A stretch of 64,000 nucleotides of DNA, from contig OZ059896.1 in NCBI GenBank assembly GCA_964057225.1, forward strand, positions 7,006,001 to 7,070,000. Reading direction: 5' to 3'. The notes under the pieces were generated by a model that was not told the DNA's origin, did no database searches, and saw only the letters and a list, made by a program, of their open reading frames with translations. Source of the stretch: Auanema rhodensis (lineage: Eukaryota > Animalia > Nematoda). Each line of letters opens with the position of its first letter. The stretch's first letter is position 1. The position numbers and the translations under genes were made by a program. Of this stretch, positions 13,847 through 26,600 are shown one piece after another.

Positions 13847-15722
13847 TCTAATCATATGATATTTCAATTCAACAATAGCACAATAGCCTGGTCAAGCCAT
13901 GGGTTCTGTCTTCTATTTTCTCTCTATTTCTTTCTTTCTCTCTCTCCTTTTTTTCCCTTCGTCCTTTCTAGATCTCTCGTAGGCTGAGCTGATAAATAAG
14001 CTAGTAGCTCAGAAAAGAAGCTATTTATTCACTCTACTTCAAATAGGTTGCAGTCCCCAGAAGTCATACTTTTCTACCATTAGTTATTTGAAAATGGCAA
14101 GTGAAAAACATTATAAATACACAATGAATACCGGAGGGCACCGGAAAATACTGCTAAATAGAAAAACATCTATTTGCTAAACATCCAGAAAATTGCTGTT
14201 TCGCCGACACGCCAAAGTTTCTTGGACTCAAGATGAACCATGCTGGTCAGAGACTTGCTCATACATACAGCATAAGCAGCTGCGTACATGATAAGACAAC
14301 GCAGATGGAGAAAAGGAAGTAAGGATAAGAAGAAGAGAGTAACCAAAAAAGGAAATGAATGAGTGAGTGGGAGAAGAATAGAGAAATGGCAGAAAGAGAG
14401 AAAGAGAGAGTAGTGATAAAGAGTGAAAAAATAGATAGAAAGAGAGGTAAAAGAGAAAGAGGATATAGAGAATAAGAATGGAGGTTTGAATGAAAAGAGA
14501 GGTCGTCCGCGGTTTAGGATTAGAGGGCAGAGTGGAAAGATTCAAATACAAGGACAAAGAGTCGTTTTCCAGATAACTAATCATCACATATGGCCAATGA
14601 AATGAAAACGGAGACATCGAACACGAAGCGAAATTGGAGAAATAGAGATGGTACAGGAGGTTTGCCTGGCTGGTATTTGCTGCTGGGCAGTCGAATGACG
14701 AAATGAGAAGAGCCAGTGATGGATATGGCGAAAGAACAGATGGCAATCGTAGCCTCCGTATCGCATTATCATCAGATATCCAATTGATTGCTTTCGACAA
14801 TAAGAGGGGGTATTAGGATTGGATAATCCCACGAAATTGGACACACTCATCGAAATTGACGCTGAAACCCAAAAAAGCAGACCTAAAGATGAAAAGTAGA
14901 TAAAATCAAGACAGATCTAGGCCCTCCTCAGCCGTCTAAGCGTTCCTTTTCTCTCTTTCACTCTTATTTCTCTCCTTCTCCCTGCTAGTACTCAGTATAT
15001 CATTCTCTCTGTGCTTCACATGGAACTGAATAGAATCTATTAATTTAAAAGTGTTTGTGCATGGACTGAAAAACGAAGCCAGCTATATTTCGGAACCGAT
15101 AACCACATCTCTTTCCTCCTTCTTCTTCTCTTCGTACCCCCGTAATGTGGATCAGTGTGCTAGAAGGGGGAGGGTTATTGTTCCGGTGGGAGGAAAAGAG
15201 CTATTATCAAATGGGTATTGATTGTGGTCCCGAAAGCAGTCTCGTTTGGTTGAAGGGCCGAGAGCTTTCCACTACGCCCTCGGGCACAAAACGCATTATC
15301 ATTAGACATTCATGGGGATAAGAGATTCGTTCGGAGATATACTGACAAGCTAAGCGGCCTCAGGCCATGGGCCAGGAAAGTGAAGAAAGCATGGCAGAAG
15401 GAATTGGAGGATAGACTGAGATAGAAGATAGGATAAAGCTGGAGAGTTGGGAGAGCAAAGAGAAAACGTTGAAATGGAAACCAGATATCGGAATATATGA
15501 ACAAGAAGAGAGGTAAAAGATGGAAGTTCAAAAGGATGAAAGTAGGCTTTCCCAAGTGCAACACAATATGAAAAATAATCCAAGTTAATTGAGCTAAACG
15601 AGTTAACTGATTACCAATTGACCTGTGTGTCATGTCTGTTTTTCGATCTTGTTATGATACCTATTGATGGAAATGGTGATGGTAGTGGTAGTTGGAAGTA
15701 GTCGTGCTGATGCTGATGCAGT

Positions 15723-15723
<1 letters not shown>

Positions 15724-15754
<31 letters not shown>

Positions 15755-15771
15755 GTGATGATGGTGATGAT
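15724..15771. repeat. (GAT)n microsatellite
   Basis: GATGATGAT with GGT variants. Explains the poly-Met and poly-Ile spurious ORFs. Confidence 0.95.
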
Positions 15772-17088
15772 GAGGGCGATGAGGAAAATGTGTGCTATGA
15801 GAATAAGGCGACTCATTGAGCCAGTCTGCTGCTGTAGATTTTCAGATGACGCTTTGTCCTCCTGCTTCTTCCATCTTTTCATTCTCTCTTCTACGTGTTT
15901 ATGTTTACGAAACCCGGGGGCGAAATGGAGTTAATCCCAAAAGCCACACGGCATCATGATAGACTTTATAGGCCATAGATAGAAGCGAGCCGTATGGTTG
16001 GAAAGAGAGAGTATCTGTTTCAAGCCATACGAGAAAATGAGAAGACAGAAGAATAGTTAACAGTGCTAGTAGAAGCTAGAAGAGACCTGATGTGAGAAAA
16101 GCAAAGGAAACGAGTTTGAGTTGTTTTGAAAAAGACTATGAAGTGGAGGAGGTGTAGAAAGATTGTGAGGAAAGTAAAATGAGAATGATTAGCAAAGTAG
16201 TACTGAAAAAAGGAAGTAAACGATAGATCGACTTAACATCCTCAATGCAGTCAGTGAATTACTATTAAAATAGAAAAAGGAAAAGACAAAAGAGCAATGC
16301 CACATTACAAAACTGAGGATAGAGCTGAAAATATTTCAGCGCAGAAACAGTAGGAGAAAATAGTTGATCAGCAAGAAGCCAGTGTTTATAGAACATGATG
16401 AGTCTTGTTAATCCGTCTGGGATTGGCTTGATAACAGATAGCAAGTGCAGCAGCAGACTGAATAAACTATGTCCATATAAACATAAGGATCAAAATTTGA
16501 CGAAAAGCTGGAGAAGCAAGCTTTCAGATAGACATAAGAAACTAAGATCTGCCTGGTTGATGTGTTAGAGGACAAGCTCGGAAGGGGTTACAACGACAGC
16601 CGTTGGCATGGAAAAGCGAAAAAAAGCAGGACTACGGCCATAATGAGAAAAAGTGTAAGAATAGGATTTAAGAATATAAGGAACATGCTGAAGAAGGCAG
16701 ATGGCTGTCGAAGAAAAGATGAGATAATATGTATGTATTTTGAGGCGACTTATACATAAAGACAAAAGAATGAAAATAGGTAAGTCTGTATGTTTAAAAG
16801 AAGGAAAACCAAAATTATAGAAAAAGTGCGAACATAAAAGACGGAAAGATAGACGGAGACATAGATTTCAAAAAAAAAAGAAAAATGAATAAATGAGGGA
16901 ATACTGAGAACGAATATGATTCCATATCTGTAGTCAATAACCGCATGAGCAAGCAGCTTAACCATATGCTGCTATAGGTATTACATGGACTTTCTATTAG
17001 GCAATGAAATAACGTGCCTTGTGTATTTGATGACTGAATATTTGAGCACATGACGCAGTGACATCAGACACAAGAAGAATGAGAGACA

Positions 17089-17140
17089 GAGGACGAGGAG
17101 GAGGAGGAGGAGGAAGAGGAAAGGAAGAAGGAGAAGGAGG
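17089..17140. repeat. (GGA)n/GA-rich simple repeat
   Basis: GAGGAGGAGGAGGAGGAAGAGG... Confidence 0.85.
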
Positions 17141-20100
17141 TATGGGACCACTACTCGTGCTGGTAGTCGTTGATCAATAATGTTAAGAACAATGACCAAA
17201 TCCGGCAGGCTGTCTTATGAGGTCAACAAATGTATCTTGCCTCAATCGTCATTGTCTTTTGGACATGAGGCTCGCATATACATCGAGGCACATACACTCT
17301 GCTTAATAGACAATTGCAATCACATTTTTCTCATTTTGATTGCTTGTCTCGTAGAAAATGAATGAAGTTCTAAAAGCTAAGGTGGCGAGAATTGAGATTG
17401 GAAATCACTCAAACAACGACATAGTGGAGTTGGAGAGACAAGGTTTTCGACAGGTCAATAGATGTATATTGCTATAATGCTTTAGTGCTGAACTTGGGTA
17501 ACACAACCAGCCAATATATGCCCGGAGTTTTGAAAAGAATTGAATCTAAGAGATTGACAAGAATCATGTGTAAATGGTTGTCATTAAGGAAAGGGAAGGC
17601 TGGTCGGCTGTAGGACAAAAGAGCCAACCTCAACAGAATCCAAATGATGGTCACACGATGAAATAAAAAAACGGACCTCGTCGCTTGGATACTGAACAAA
17701 ACAATAATTTATTCGTTGTTACCAAAGGTAAAGTTGTCAACTAAAACGGCACACCGATATGTTATGATGGGTATTTTAAAAAAGGAGGCAGGGAATTGGA
17801 AAATGACGAGGCTACGACTGCTTAACAACGTATTTCGTAAAAGGGAACGAAGGAAGAGCTAAGACGGTCTTCGTAGTGTAATTTGTGGTTGTATTGAAGA
17901 ATAGCGAGCAATCAACGATTTAGCCATGCAAAATTAGGACGAGGTAAGCGAAGACGAAAATCTGTAGAATAAAGATGGTTCGAACGGTTAGTGAGACGGG
18001 TGTTGATGATGAGGAGTCTGGTGGTTGAGGTAGGAATAGAGGTAGGGTGATGAAGATGATGATTGGAGTAGTGGTAGACAATCACAAAAAGGCGAAAATA
18101 GAGAAAGAGAGCGGGGAAAGAAAAAGAGTGTGAGGAACAAGAAGTCTAGTTCAACTTGCACGAATATGGAACTAACTCTCAGCGTCTTACTTTATGTTCT
18201 GTCTTCCAATTTCGTATCAGGAATGCGATCGCGAGTTAATCGGTGTGACAATGGAAAAGTAGGAGGTCTAGGTAGAGATGAAGAACGAGACAATGTAGAA
18301 GGCAAAGATAGAAAATGAAAATAAAAAGTAAAGACAGTGCGGAAAAATAAGAGAGAAAAAATTGGTTAAAACTTTGAGGGAGGGAGTGTTTGAGGGAGAA
18401 GGACCCAGAGTCTTCTTCGCCGTCATTTTCACGGGAACCAATTTTGAATAAAACGACCTCGGTAATCAGTGTGGGCAAAAGAAAATAAAGGCGGAGTCAG
18501 TAGCCAAAGAAAGACATGAACAATTTCGGAAAGAAAGGGGGTAAAAGTAAGGTAAAGATGAGACCATTAGGAGAACTCGCATGACTGGTCACCTTACCAT
18601 AATTAAAGTCGCTAATTGTAATCTGGCATTTGACGCACGACAGGAGGCACGCGTCCTTTAAAGAAAAATAAACCCATGAGCAAGCAAAAAAATATTTAAG
18701 AAATCTATGTTATTGTCAAGGAAATAGGAGATGATATACGACAATGAGGACTTTATCTTTTGCACAGAATAGTATTATAAGCATGTAATATTCTCTTTTT
18801 TCCCGTATATGTCAAAATTAGGTTCAACTACAAGATTGAGACGGCTGATCAGCCTGTTGATGATGATGACGGAGGCAGAATAGGCGCACACGGCTGATGA
18901 TTGCGATGATGACAGTAACAATATGACATAAGGGCACATGTTCAGAATCGAAATATGAGGTTATAAGAGAGCCCATCGATATGACGCAGTTTGCGATCAA
19001 TCGTTCTATCAGGAACTATCACACAGAGACAGAGACACATGTGTTTGCAACGCCATATGATTGGCCAATTACTGCCTACAATCAAGGTCATCTGGGCACA
19101 AAAATTGAGGGATTAAGGCTGAAATAGATGACTGGCAACAATAAAACTTAAGTAGTAGATGGGACCAAAGAAATGTTGAAGAAACAGATAATAGACAGTC
19201 AATCAGAGCATGGACCAAGAACTTAAGAAAAACCACACTCTCAAGTTTTAACTAGAGCAAATAGTATAATACAAACTTTAAAAGCATAGTAAAATTAGCA
19301 AAACAATCAATAAAAAACGTAAGAAAACGTAAGAAAACGGTAACACATTGTGACTTCAATACAGTGTTTCCGGGAAAACAGACCAACCTGTGTGAAAATG
19401 CCCCCGGAGAATGGGTGGCCCGGAAGTGACAAAGGGCTTCACGTATTATCGTCTACCGTATAAGTTTCATGTATAAAATTATGTTTAACGTGAACGGCTT
19501 GCTCATAGGGTAGTAAAGGAAATCGGATACATTGATTCTTATGTGATTTTACTCTTGAAGATAGTGTAGAGTATGAAGTGCGTTTGTCGATTTGATTGTG
19601 TCTGCGTGTCTGTGTTGTTTGTGGAAACGACAGTTAAGTTGAATGACATTCATGGAAGAGAGGAGGGAAGGAGGAAAAGAATTAGATAGACGTAGTAAAA
19701 GAGAAGTGGAGACGAGGAACTGACGAGGTGATGACTGATGATTAGGGCCAGAGTATCGGAAGAAAGGAGATACAGTACTCAATCGTGTGTCTGTTTTCTA
19801 TTCGTTGCCTAATCCTCGCACGGCCTCCATTGACCATAATCACGACTTCGCGCCACTTGCCCGAGCACTGAAAATCTACAAAAGTCAAAGGAGAGGAACA
19901 AAAACGGTTAAGAGAAGCAGATAGATTTAGAGTGCGCTTGCATATGGGGTAGTAAGAGAGAGAGAGAAGAGAGTATAGAAGAAAGTATGCCTCAGATTCA
20001 AGATAGTTAAGAGGCAAGAAAAGAAGAGAATCGTCTGAAAGCCGATTGCAACAACAGTCGATAGTGATGATGACGAGTTTTGTCGTCTCCACGTGGAACA

Positions 20101-20564
20101 GCATTTTTATATCTCATGTTAAAACAAGGTATTCTATCTGAAAAAGGTGATATGATTAATAACGATGATAAGGCGACAAATGGTATTTTGATGGCGAAAA
20201 AAGGGAAATAGTTGAGCGAATGAAGAGAGTTATAGAAGAAAAACAAGTTAGAAATGCACAGTAATGATGAAGTGATGATGCTTTCTTGAATAGAACGTTT
20301 CTAACTATATACATCTGACAAAGGTGATTTCATGCATATAGCTTAGATGTGATGTCAAATGAAGCTTTTGAAATTGTATAATAGATGAGAATTGGTTCAT
20401 ATGATACTGAAAGGGAAAAGAGGAGATAGGTGAACTACCTCCGCACATGTACACGATTGTGAGAACGAAAATAGGAATAATAGATAAGCCGGTGGTTGTC
20501 AAGTGAAAGGAAGATTATTTGCCTGTCATTGGGCTCCTGTTGATGTTGCTATTGCAGTTGCTGC

Positions 20565-20640
20565 TGATGAGGATGATGACAGTGATGATGATGATGATGG
20601 TGGTAGTGGTGATGACAACGACAATTATGATGATGATTGT
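20565..20640. repeat. Degenerate (GAT)n repeat
   Basis: GATGAGGATGATGAC..GATGATGATGATGG..GATGATGAT. Confidence 0.8.
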
Positions 20641-23600
20641 AGTGGTTTTTGCAAATGGATTGTACGTTAGAGTTATGGAGAAATGAACAGATGAAATCAT
20701 AATTGGTAGTGTTTAAGTAGTATACATATAGTTAAAACCTAGATATACATATAAACGAAATTTGCATGTGTGTTATGTATTCGTACGAGTGAAAGGATCT
20801 GTTTCCTAGCCTTCTGTCTATCTTCTGATTCTCTGTTGAAGTCTGTCAATCTCTCGAAAGAATATGCTACCTCTTTCGGTTTCTCTCTATATCTTTCAGG
20901 CTTCAGAAATGCTCTCTATCTATCTATCTACAGACAGATGGTTGTTTAATCAGAACCACATGTCATTTAGTGAAGCAGACGGGGTTCAGTGATAAACCGA
21001 CCGACGGCAGTTCCAAATCAGCCAGATGGCCGTGCTTGTGCTGGGGACCTATCTCTCTTCTTCTGTCTCTATCTTTCCGTTTTTCCTTTTCGTTGATCGT
21101 GGAAATTAAAACAAGGCCAGGAAGCGGAATGAGACTCAGCAGGACGGAACTGCAAGCTGGTGCTGGTGAGCTTTCTCCTTCATCATCATCATCATCGTCA
21201 TCATCAACGGCTTTATTGGCTACTGCTTGTTCATGAAAGAAGTGAAAATGCTGTGCGCTAAGAATTGGTCGAACATATCAAAAAGACGTATTATGAATGA
21301 TAATCAAATTAGTTTTTGGACGAGATTATATGCATATACATACATATAAAATTAAAACTTTAGAGATCGGAATCAGATGGTACTTCTGATTCTGCTGAAG
21401 GTGAACGATCAGCAGCCGGATGAAGAAGAGGACGGGAGAACAGAGAGGAGACACAAAAGGAAACGAGTTGTGAGGTACTTGAAAGAGAAAAAGAAAAAGA
21501 TAGAGGGGGAGAAGGGGAGACGATACACATTGTGTGAATAAACAGAGACCAAATGAAAGAAATGTCCATCGAATTGATAGAAAAGATATACATATGTATG
21601 AGAAAGTTTGAAGAATAAGAAGGTGGATGAAGTATCTTAATGCTTTTTCCCCACACATTAGCAAAATAGTGGAAAAAACTCAGCTAACATCAAGAATAAA
21701 TGGTTACAAAATATTAATACTTCAACACTAAATAGAATGTTATTATAGAACCTAATGAGAACTGTTGGATGTTGTGAACAATTTTGGTAATTAGATATCC
21801 AGAAAAATACTTAAATATCTGGTGAAAGAAGGATGTTTAAATCAAGATACATTTCACCATATACAACATATAGACAAACAGTTCAAAAGAAGGCTAAATG
21901 GAGACAATTCCACGAACACGATCTGTATACATAAGATATTGTCGTTAAAGGACTTGCATCTCCATTTATAGAAAATCCTTCTACAAATTCTTCACAAATC
22001 TTTCCTTTTCAACGCAACATCAGTTGGTTGACCCTACTTGAATCTCTCTTCTTTTTTGCTTATGTATCATGCCTCCTGCTACGGCACGCCAGCTTAGATC
22101 AAACTAGACAACGAAATGAAAGAAGTGCGCGATTTGAATTTTCATGAAATAGAAATGTTATATTTACCAAATCATACGATACAAGCAATGTTGGATTATG
22201 TAGCTCACGCTCAAAAGCGGATACGATGTTAAATATGGGCGGGGCCAGAAGTTCTAAACACTGTGTATCTATCTTTTATCAGTTACCGTAGTCCGAAGTG
22301 TGGCTGGTGTGTCTGTTCTCTCTTCAATTCTCAATACCTTTTGCTATCTATGATACTGCGGGCTATCTTCTCGTGTGCGTCTCTGTTTGTGGGTGTGATA
22401 GAAAATGAAACGAAAAATGGAATATAAGATTACTGAAAAGAGAGGAAAGTCAGGAAAAAAAAAGAGGAAATAGATAAGAGACGAAACAGAGAAACAGAGC
22501 TGTAGAGAAAATATTAGGAAAGTAGAATTTATGAAAAGAAACATTGAAAATTGAAAAGACTGATGGTGAGTGAGAAAGCATAATGTTGAATTATTTATTT
22601 GTTATTCACATAATGTAGTCTTTTCATAATGGCAAAATGGTAATATGGTCAGGTACGTCGATAGATAGCACGAACAGGGAACTTAGTCATTACAGCTTTA
22701 AGAAAAAAATGATGTAAATCTCTCATATAAGAGTAATATCATCAGCTATGTGGTTGGTTTATAGACAAGGTGAATGGAGAATTGAAATAGCGGAAAAATG
22801 CTAAGGAAGTGAGAATGAGAATATGCTTATAGAACATAGATCAAAGTTATAAATCAAAAGCATGTAGTTAAATCATTTTCTTTCTTAAATATATACGGTA
22901 GGTTTTTGCTTCTTCTTATTGCAGATTGAAGTCCCGTTTTTCAATCACGGTGGTCGTTGGAAACTGAATTTCGTTGCCATCACAGCTTTCTACGAATTTC
23001 CGGAAATCGAAGATATATCTCCGTTAAATCAACCATGAATATCTGAGAAGTGACAGTTCAAAAGTCCATAAATGAGCGTTTCCATATAGATCACAAGCTC
23101 CATGGATACGCCTATGCGGTAAAGCTGCTGTCAGGATAGGAAGGCATAGCCGAAGAATATATGTAGTGAGTATGGATGTATGTATGTATAACAGAACTAG
23201 ACAGCTAAGTAAATCCGTTTCTATCTTTCTTTTTTTCTGACAAAAACCTAATGCCTATTTTGGAAAAATTTATGAGGTCTAGCAATTGAAAATGGTAATG
23301 ATATATGGAACAGAGACTAGTTAAGATAGTCCTTTCACCTAATCCATTTTTTCTCCTCCTTCATCTTCTCTTCAATACCCCTGTAAGTCCTTCAGCACCT
23401 TCTTCAACCCGTTGTTAGAAATGAATAGGTTGTCTGGCGCCGAGTTATCTAATTAGCAGGGCGAGTTAGATGGCTAGTTGGCGGAAATCAAGGTTATGAG
23501 GAGGGTTATTAGGCTGATGGAGACGGTAAAAGATGGTACACACATATTGAAGAAAGAAAAGAAGAACTTGAAGAGAGGTAATTCACAAAGGAAACAGACA

Positions 23601-26600
23601 TCAGCCTTAGAGACACACTAGAATGGGTGAAAAGAGAGAACGGAATCTAAATAAAGAGAGGAGGAGAGGATAGAGACAGATAAATGGATGGATGAAGGTG
23701 TTACTCGGATCATTTGTTGACCACCATCCGGTCCATCTATGTTCACGACACAGTACATCAGAAGAAGACGACATTCGAGGAAAGAAACTGGGGCAGACCT
23801 CCAAGGCGCCTGGGGTAATTGCTCCATCTCAGATCGTTCTACCTTCGTCATCGTTGCCTGATTGTCTTCCAATTCATGGACTATCTATCTGCGTAAATGG
23901 ATATGGACACAAACCAGGCATATGAGAATTTCAATCTATCTGTATTCTCGTAACCAAGACGAGAGAGAGAGAGAGGGAGTAAAGAAGTTAGAGAACAGAA
24001 TCTGACTACGCTTCGTATCTTATATTCAATTCATCGCCCACAAAATATCCGTCACTAATGGATAGGTAGTTAAGTCAAGTCAAGACGAGGGATCATTCGT
24101 CAAGCTGATCTGGCAAACCGATGGTTAACTGGTGACAACCTTGTCATTCAACACACCAACATCACCAACTTACCAACGTGCCCGAAAAAGTCTGATAATT
24201 GTTCTAACAACAAGAGGTTACATCTGACAACCAGGTGCTAGGATACCTGAAATCTATACAAACGATGTATACATGTGTTATACCAAAACCATATGCAAAC
24301 GGAGGGACCAAAGAAAAGATAGAATAAGATAGACAGATAGAAAACGAGGGATAGAATGAGAATAAGGGTAGAAGTCGCTAACAGATGGCTCACAGTTCTC
24401 TGATTAATCACATACAAGTAAAGAGAATACGGACATATTGAGCTAGAAAATATATTAATGAATTCGGTAAATCTAATGTTATCGATCATCAGTATTTGAT
24501 TTACATGCTAATGTCATTTCAACAAGGTTCGTATTTATAAACTCTGACCATTCATGCATTTCTTAACTAATTCTAATACAGCATATGCTCATAAATCGAC
24601 ACATTTCATCATCTAAGAAAACCTGCCCTTTGAAAATAAAATTCATAAATTAATCTGATATTATCTGGTTGCTTGATATTGCTTGAAATTAAATTTGAAG
24701 CGGTGAATAAAGACAACAAAACCGAAAACCATAGAGGAATATTAACTGGCCAGTAGATGTACGATTGGAAATGCGTTCAAGATGGTGGACAAACGCTAGC
24801 CTGACTATATATTTGAATTGATTTCACTCTTAAGTTCTCAGACAAACTGATCATATTTCATGAATATGGTTAGCTATGATATTAAGTCTTGCTGAGTTAA
24901 ATAAAGGGATAAGAAAGATATTCAGTAATATATTCAAGATCCAAAAGGAAATAGAAGTTATGATCATCTACTCAGTGGTATTTTGCTGCCCTTTCTCATT
25001 CACATATTTCTTTAGTCACTCATGACCTTTAATCAGTCCGCTCATTAGTTGGATCTAGTTGCTCTTGTTCTCGTTTCTCATCTTCATTACCTTCTTCATC
25101 TTCCTTCTCATCATCTCAAGCCGCCCAGTAGAACAGCAGGAGGGCAAAATATAATGCGAACGAGCTGGAACAACATTGAACATTCTCACCTTCATCTCTT
25201 CATGTCATACACACAGAGAACACAGTAGTTAGAACAAAGAACAAACAGAACTATTTGTGTAGCCATATGGTGTTAATAATAGTGAAGGCTACTTCTATCT
25301 GTCCTTATTGCTCTTCTTTCTTTTTTCTTCTTCACCTTTCATATTATCTAGTATCTGCTGCTACTGCATCTATTGCACAGCTTTTTTCATCAATATTCCA
25401 ATTATTGATCATTTAGAAGATGAATAAGATAGGCTTATTGAAGTAGCCATACAATATGCAATCTAATGAAGAACGGAGAAATATAGATAGAAAAGCGATT
25501 GAAGTACTAAAGATCTACTTGTATGGATAAGAGTATTGAGCATCACCCCTTCTTGACACAAAGCATATAGATGTCACAATTTACATTTTGTATAATCAAA
25601 ACAAAGTTTTCAACAAAAGCCTGTGATAATTGAACATTTAATTCTTAGCATGTTGAACGCCTATTTCATATCACAATTTGATCTTTTTTATATCAATTCT
25701 TTTATTCCGCCCACACATCGAGAGAGTAAAACAACAAAGAGGAGGGGAAGAGAAGTTGAGAAAGAGGGCAATACACCTAGTAGCTCTTCTACCTCTATTC
25801 TGTTGTCCGTGTTGTCTCTATTTGTATTCGATTCGGACATTTGATAGTTTGTCACAAGCGAACAAAGGAAGATAATAGCAGGGTGAGGAGCTAGTGCGGA
25901 TGTAGAAGAAAAGAGCACTGAGCACAGAGCTAAGAGTAGTAAGAACAGAAGCCGCTTCGAACTCGATTCATTGCTGGCACGATAATATTTGAGAGGGATC
26001 GTTAATCAACAGGACCTTTATCATCTGAACACTGATATAGTTAAAGATCAACAAACAGCTGGGGTGACATAATTCAAAATGCTAGATAAATTGGAAATTT
26101 TTTAATTTTCATGTACCACAACGAAGACAACAAGTATATATTGTCTGTCAGTCATCAGATCATTTTCTGTCACTCTAACCTACGTTTTAAGTAATTATGA
26201 TTCAAAAGCAATCTGCTCCACGTTTACAGCAGCCTGAGCCTTCACGAATACGTCAGTCAAATCTTATCGTCTGTCGAAAGCTTCTGGTGGTCATAGGCAG
26301 TCAGCGTTATCTGGTTGACTGTCCAATGACCACCTGCAACTACGTTATTCTAACTAATATAACATCCATATAAGAACAGGGAATGAGCAGAGACAAACAA
26401 ACGAGATACTATTGCTAATGCTATACCAAGGAGTGGGGTGAGAAAGGGAACAGCTGGTTATTTGCGCCTCGACTTACACGAATCAGCTACAACTTCATCA
26501 GGTAAGGTCGTGACCACAGTTCAGAGCATAACACAACTTCTCGAAAACAAGTAGAGGGGGAATCAACATTTTGCACAAATTATAAAGATCGTTGTAATAA

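Noticed and set aside
19314-19339. Short tandem duplication (AAAACGTAAG)x2.5
   Set aside because: Ordinary slippage duplication with no spacer structure; not CRISPR-like.
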